Source of the DNA: an uncultured delta proteobacterium
GTDB taxonomy: Bacteria; Desulfobacterota; Syntrophia; Syntrophales; UBA2185
Direction of reading: 5' to 3'
Length of the DNA stretch: 64,000 nt
Assembly: GCA_963729715.1 (NCBI GenBank)
Contig: CAVSPA010000005.1
Coordinates: 480,001-544,000, forward strand
Shown here: in pieces, positions 59,177 through 64,000 of the stretch
Numbering within the stretch: position 1 is the first letter of the stretch
Layout: every line of letters begins with the position of its first letter
The notes under the pieces: generated by a model
The model's input: the letters and a program-made list of their open reading frames with translations, nothing else
The model's database searches: none
Told to the model about the DNA's origin: nothing
Program-made: the position numbers and the translations under genes

Positions 59177-59838
59177 AAAGAATCGTTTGCCTGTTGGCGC
59201 TCAGTTTCTTGCTCGTTGGCTGCGGCTCGTCAAAGCCGGTGCCCGAGTGGATAGATGCCTCCTTTAATCAACTCGATAACTATAAGAAGAGCTACTTGAG
59301 CGGTAAGGAACGCATTGCTGAAGCATATTTTAATGAGGCCGTTGATGAGATCAAGAGCAGTGGAGATCTGGAAATACTCGCCCGGGCATATCTTACAAAA
59401 TACGCTTGCCAAGTAGCCGTCCTGGAGGCATTTGATGACAGGGAGTACCTGAGGATAGATGCCGTCGAACCGGTCTCGCAGAACAGGAACTTTTATGGCT
59501 TCCTGAAAGGCACCTTTGATAACGTCGATGAAAACCAATTGCCGCAGCAGTATGAGGGTTTCTTGAGGGCATTTAAAAGCGGCAAGAAGGATAACGTTGC
59601 TCGTGAAATTTCAAGAGTGGATAACCCCCTGTCAAAACTAATTGCGATTGGCCTCCTTGTTAAAAAGAATAAAGATGATCAAATAGATTTGAAACTTGCC
59701 ATCGATATTGCATCACAGAATGGCTGGAAAAAAGCTCTCGTGGCCTATCTCGGCAGGCTTCAATCCTTTTACAAGACGAACAATGAACTGGACAAGGCTG
59801 CTCACGTGGCGGAAAGAATTAAGCTCATCGAGAATTAG
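59173..59838 (+). CDS. Lipoprotein associated with the MCE operon
   Basis: Lipobox LVGC; ATGA overlap with mlaD. Confidence 0.75.
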   Translation: MKRIVCLLALSFLLVGCGSSKPVPEWIDASFNQLDNYKKSYLSGKERIAEAYFNEAVDEIKSSGDLEILARAYLTKYACQVAVLEAFDDREYLRIDAVEPVSQNRNFYGFLKGTFDNVDENQLPQQYEGFLRAFKSGKKDNVAREISRVDNPLSKLIAIGLLVKKNKDDQIDLKLAIDIASQNGWKKALVAYLGRLQSFYKTNNELDKAAHVAERIKLIEN

Positions 59839-59962
59839 CAGAGCCTAAAAAGATTTCAAACAAGTCTTCGATGCAAGAATTTCGTTGGCACACCGGAGTA
59901 AGCGCGGAAACCATACAGTACACACGAACTGACGCTCATTAGATGAAAATATGGGAGGATAA

Positions 59963-60334
59963 TTGATGGTAGAGGAAACAACGAAGAAAGAGCACAGGAA
60001 GGAAGAAAAATCGTTAGAAAAAATGACGGTTAAGGAATTGAGAGCAATAGCTCTGGAAATTCCGCGCGCCGTGGCAGTGCACGACATGAAAAAGGCGGAA
60101 CTTATAGCTTGTATCAAGGAAGCAAGAGGCATCAAGGATGAGGCGCTTGTCAAGATAAAGAAAAAGGTCGTAGCAAAAATAAAATTGAGCAAGAACGAGA
60201 TAAAAGGAAAGATTAAACAGCTCAAAGAAGAAAAAAAGGCGGCCCAGGCAGCAAAGAACAGAAAGCTAAAAGATATCCTGCGCCGCCGTATAAGTCACTT
60301 AAAGAAACAAACACGTAAATTTGCAGCTGCGTGA
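59963..60334 (+). CDS. Lys-rich small protein with Rho N-terminal-like domain
   Basis: LEKMTVKELR.IA...MKKAELI..I; GGGAGG RBS. Confidence 0.7.
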   Translation: MMVEETTKKEHRKEEKSLEKMTVKELRAIALEIPRAVAVHDMKKAELIACIKEARGIKDEALVKIKKKVVAKIKLSKNEIKGKIKQLKEEKKAAQAAKNRKLKDILRRRISHLKKQTRKFAAA

Positions 60335-60385
60335 AAATCGGCTGAGGCATGAGAATCTGATGCAGAGCGAACAAGCTGCTGGCTC

Positions 60386-61036
60386 TCAGTTCCTTGTAAT
60401 TCGGGCTTGACGGGTCCAGCTCTTGTTGTTCCACGCAGGATCTATGGCGGGAATTCTCTTCTGGTCAAGGGGATCGAACCCGCATTTCTTTGCGAAGTAG
60501 CGGTGGAACGCGACACATCCGGTCAGTTCAGGATGAAAAACCGTAACCAGGACATTCGGACTTTCCGCTGCGGCAATGTAGTCTTCCATCCGGAGTAATA
60601 CATTCACACCCTCACCTGCCCGTGTGATTTTGGGTGCACGGATGAAGGTGAGTGGTAACAAGTGTGGCGCAACCTGGGGAATGCAGGCTTCTGACACAAA
60701 ACTGTCAAGCTGACTCCCGAAACTGTTGCGTTCTATCTCGATATCGATCAGGCTGAGATAGGCCGGCTCGCCGACTATAGACTTTGCGAGGAGAATTGTG
60801 CCGGCACACGTCCCCCAGATTTTCATCCCCCTCTTGAATTCGCGCAGGATGACCTCTTCAATCCCGAAGATACGCATCAACCGGGACATGCAGGTGCTCT
60901 CGCCACCGGGGATTATCAGGCCGGAAAGTTTGAGGAAATCGACGGGGTCTTTAACGGGTATGCAAGGGATACCCAAACGTTCAAGATGATCGACATGTTC
61001 GACAACTCCACCCTGAAGATTAAGGACGCCGATCAT
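60386..61036 (-). CDS. pdxT: PLP synthase glutaminase subunit
   Basis: GVLNLQG, PGGEST, GTCAG, RNSFGSQ, FIRAP, FHPE. Confidence 0.95.
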   Translation of the reverse strand: MIGVLNLQGGVVEHVDHLERLGIPCIPVKDPVDFLKLSGLIIPGGESTCMSRLMRIFGIEEVILREFKRGMKIWGTCAGTILLAKSIVGEPAYLSLIDIEIERNSFGSQLDSFVSEACIPQVAPHLLPLTFIRAPKITRAGEGVNVLLRMEDYIAAAESPNVLVTVFHPELTGCVAFHRYFAKKCGFDPLDQKRIPAIDPAWNNKSWTRQARITRN

Positions 61037-61040
61037 ATAT

Positions 61041-61922
61041 TTACCATCCCCGACCGGCTAATAGCTGCCCTTCCGGAATTTCGGCTATCTCAAGCCCCGG
61101 CATTGCCTCTCCGAGACCCATGGAGGCTTCCAGCACTTTGGCAGGATCATTGTAATAAGCCGTCGCCTTGACGATCGCCCGGGCGCGTAACGCCGGATTC
61201 TGCGACTTGAATATTCCGGAACCTACAAAAATTCCATCGCATCCCAGCTGCATCATCAGGGCGGCATCGGCAGGGGTCGCAATGCCTCCTGCAGCGAAAT
61301 TAACTACAGGCAACCGCTCCAGTTCTCTCACCTGCAGGGCAAGTTCATAAGGCATGCCATTTGCCTTCGCATAACCGGTAACCTCTTCGACGGGCATGCC
61401 GACCAGCTGTCTTATTTCACGATTCACAGTACGAATGTGACGTACCGCTTCTACGACATTTCCTGTTCCTGCTTCGCCTTTGGTGCGAATCATGGCGGCC
61501 CCTTCGGCTATGCGTCGTAACGCCTCTCCCAGGTTACGGCAGCCACAGACGAAAGGTATGGAAAACTTCGTCTTGTCAATGTGACATTCTTCGTCGGCAG
61601 GAGTTAACACCTCACTCTCATCAATATAGTCGATTTTCAGAGACTCCAAGATTTGGGCTTCAACAAAATGACCAATCCTTGCCTTCGCCATGACGGGTAT
61701 TGATACGGCCTTCTTAATCTCGAGGATCATGGCAGGGTCAGACATCCTGGCGACACCCCCCTGTTTGCGGATATCCGCCGGTACTCGTTCCAGGGCCATC
61801 ACTGCTACGGCGCCGGCTTCTTCGGCTATCGTAGCCTGTTCCACATTGGTGACGTCCATGATAACGCCGCCCTTTAGCATCTGAGCCAACTGAACATTCA
61901 GTTCGTACCTTTTCTTGTCCAC
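61041..61922 (-). CDS. pdxS: PLP synthase lyase subunit
   Basis: [41 protein letters not shown]. Confidence 0.97.
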   Translation of the reverse strand: MDKKRYELNVQLAQMLKGGVIMDVTNVEQATIAEEAGAVAVMALERVPADIRKQGGVARMSDPAMILEIKKAVSIPVMAKARIGHFVEAQILESLKIDYIDESEVLTPADEECHIDKTKFSIPFVCGCRNLGEALRRIAEGAAMIRTKGEAGTGNVVEAVRHIRTVNREIRQLVGMPVEEVTGYAKANGMPYELALQVRELERLPVVNFAAGGIATPADAALMMQLGCDGIFVGSGIFKSQNPALRARAIVKATAYYNDPAKVLEASMGLGEAMPGLEIAEIPEGQLLAGRGW

Positions 61923-62012
61923 CTTGTTTTGCCTCCTCTGGACTGAATCAAACTATTTGTAATATAATATTATCAAAAGGAATAATCAAGGGTGATGAAT
62001 CAAATTCGGATA

Positions 62013-62792
62013 TCACCAGATCATCCTCGTCCTTACACCGCTACCTTGCAAATACTTCTTGATCTCTGAGATCGTATAGTGCCGGTAATGAACCATCGAC
62101 GCAATCAGGGCTGCATCGGCTTTGCCGTGGGTAAGGACATCTTTGAGATGTTCAGGTTTTCCCGCCCCTCCCGAGGCAATGACCGGTATGTTAACGTTCG
62201 TGGATATGAGATGCGTAAGTTTGATTTCATAACCTTCCTGTGTACCATCGGCATCGATGGAATTCAGGCAAATCTCACCTGCCCCCAGATTCTCTGCCTC
62301 TTTAGCCCACCATAAGGCGTCGATTCCGGTGAATACCCGACCCCCATGGATAACCATTTCATAGCCTGAAGGTATCTTGACACTCGCTTCCACCTTCTTG
62401 ACATCCATGCCGAGCACCACACACTGGCTGCCGAAGGCCTTGGCGCCTTCAGATATCAAGGGCGGATTTTTCACTGCCTCAGAATTGATGCTGATTTTTT
62501 CGGCCCCCGCAAGAATGACGCGTCGCATGTCTTCAACCGTACGGATGCCGCCGCCAACGGAGAAGGGAATAAAAATTGTTGCCGCAACTCGTTTGACAAC
62601 GTCTATCATGATGTCTCGCTCGTCAGATGACGCGGTGATGTCATAAAAGACTATTTCATCAGCGCCCTGTTCATAGTACTCACGCGCCGCTTCACCGGGG
62701 TCCCCGATATCGATGTTCCCCTTGAACTTGATACCTTTTGTGAGCTTTCCATCACGCACGTCGAGACAGGGTATGATCCTCTTACTCAGCAT
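62013..62792 (-). CDS. hisF: Imidazole glycerol phosphate synthase cyclase subunit
   Basis: [41 protein letters not shown]. Confidence 0.95.
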   Translation of the reverse strand: MLSKRIIPCLDVRDGKLTKGIKFKGNIDIGDPGEAAREYYEQGADEIVFYDITASSDERDIMIDVVKRVAATIFIPFSVGGGIRTVEDMRRVILAGAEKISINSEAVKNPPLISEGAKAFGSQCVVLGMDVKKVEASVKIPSGYEMVIHGGRVFTGIDALWWAKEAENLGAGEICLNSIDADGTQEGYEIKLTHLISTNVNIPVIASGGAGKPEHLKDVLTHGKADAALIASMVHYRHYTISEIKKYLQGSGVRTRMIW

Positions 62793-63417
62793 CTTCGCCT
62801 CCCCAACGGCAGAAGTTGGCCAGTATCTGGAGTCCCGGCCTTCCGCTTTTTTCCGGATGAAATTGAACGGCCACTAAATTCCTGCGGGCCAAAGCAGCGC
62901 AGAAAAGCTGCCCATAATCGGTCCAGCCGATTACCAACCGGTCATCAGCGGGAGCCGGATAATAGGAGTGGACGAAATAGAATTGGGCTTCATCGGTAAT
63001 ATCCCGAAAAAGGGGGTGATCCTTTTGAAAGGCCACATGGTTCCATCCCATGTGGGGAATCTTGAGGGGCATACAGTTTTCCTGCAGATTATTTGGGAAT
63101 CGCTTGACGGCGCCTGGGATGATTCCGAGGCATTGCGTGTCGTTCTCTTCGCTGTACTCGAAAATAACCTGCGTTCCGAGACAAATGCCCAGCATGGGCT
63201 TTCCTTCGCCTACCCATTCAGGTATCCATCGATCGAGATGTTTCTGTCGCAGATTCACAATCGCTTCACCTGCGGCACCCACGCCGGGAAAGATTATACG
63301 GCTGGCCTCCTTAAGTACTTTTGGATCATCACTGATCCGGCAGGGTTCCCCTAAATAACGAAGCGCCCGCGCTACACTGGTCAGATTCCCGGCCTGATAA
63401 TCGATAATTCCTATCAT
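62782..63417 (-). CDS. hisH: Imidazole glycerol phosphate synthase glutaminase subunit
   Basis: IDY.AGN, PGVG, GICLG, PHMGWN, YFVHSY, QFHPEKS. Confidence 0.95.
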   Translation of the reverse strand: MIGIIDYQAGNLTSVARALRYLGEPCRISDDPKVLKEASRIIFPGVGAAGEAIVNLRQKHLDRWIPEWVGEGKPMLGICLGTQVIFEYSEENDTQCLGIIPGAVKRFPNNLQENCMPLKIPHMGWNHVAFQKDHPLFRDITDEAQFYFVHSYYPAPADDRLVIGWTDYGQLFCAALARRNLVAVQFHPEKSGRPGLQILANFCRWGGEDAE

Positions 63418-63567
63418 GATATTCTACCCAAGCGGGCCTTACCTCACTCATAATGTTGAAAAGTTTCTAGCGCTCTCAATATATACTAAATCAAATTTTC
63501 TCCAAATACGCAATACATATGCCGCAACATCCACGGCTGCTCGGGCATTGTCTGCATCCTTGGCATA

Positions 63568-64000
63568 TCAGACATTCTTTACACAATCGATTCCCTGATA
63601 TGTATTCCTTCTATCAAGTTCCTTGTCTATGGCATTCAAGACTTCCATCTTATTGACAGCCCACTTGGGCCCAAGAAATATATCCCGGTAACCGTCCGCC
63701 GTGAGCCGTTGAATGACCATCTCCGGCGGCAGAATCTCCAGAATGTCGCACACTATCCTTACATAATCGTACCTGCTGAACACGGTGATTTCCCCTTTTT
63801 CATAAAGATCACCGATAACAGTCCCTCTCAGGGCCAAGAGGGCATGTATCTTGATCCCATGAATCGGGAGGGGCGCAATCGCACTTGCAGTCTCCAGGAT
63901 ATCCTCCCGCGTTTCGCCCGGTAAACCAACAATGATATGCGCGCAAATATTGACGTTGCTGCCGGACAGCCTGTGCACCGCGTCAAGAAAGGTTGCGGCA
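63568..64000 (-). CDS. TIGR01212 (YhcC-like) radical SAM protein, 3' part only
   Basis: HIIVGLPGE, GIKIH.L, IQRLT.D, TYQG; frame open to window end. Confidence 0.8.
   Translation of the reverse strand, partial: AATFLDAVHRLSGSNVNICAHIIVGLPGETREDILETASAIAPLPIHGIKIHALLALRGTVIGDLYEKGEITVFSRYDYVRIVCDILEILPPEMVIQRLTADGYRDIFLGPKWAVNKMEVLNAIDKELDRRNTYQGIDCVKNV

Noticed and set aside
60386..63417. Two adjacent glutaminase/synthase pairs (hisHF, pdxST) as a novel pathway
   Set aside because: All four genes are canonical; adjacency alone is not evidence of a new function
1..64000. CRISPR arrays, tandem repeat arrays, rRNA/tRNA, tnpB or prophage genes
   Set aside because: None detected by eye; both IS200 elements are too short to carry tnpB

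Overview
Gene-dense chromosomal window of roughly 50% GC (by eye). Gene content points to an anaerobic Desulfobacterota/Syntrophales-like bacterium (inference). I see no rRNA, tRNA or CRISPR array. Housekeeping genes include msrB/msrA, ettA, thiM/thiE, fabD, degP, pdxS/pdxT and hisH/hisF. Highlights: (1) a mercury-methylation hgcA-hgcB pair behind a Cys-rich MarR regulator, with a near-consensus, apparently leaderless sigma70 promoter whose -10 box sits inside a perfect palindrome; (2) an ArsS-type radical SAM/TVP38/disulfide-reductase cluster about 6-9 kb upstream; (3) a metallophosphoesterase-nucleotidyltransferase fusion of unknown function; (4) an aromatic-rich type IV pilin; (5) a 1425-aa PlsA/Ger-like candidate ether-lipid enzyme; (6) an Mla-like operon with a degenerate ATPase; (7) two IS200-type elements with subterminal hairpins; (8) several genes with in-frame stops (sufB-like, DUF2231, a secreted protein). 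All calls come from motif recognition by eye; no database searches were run.
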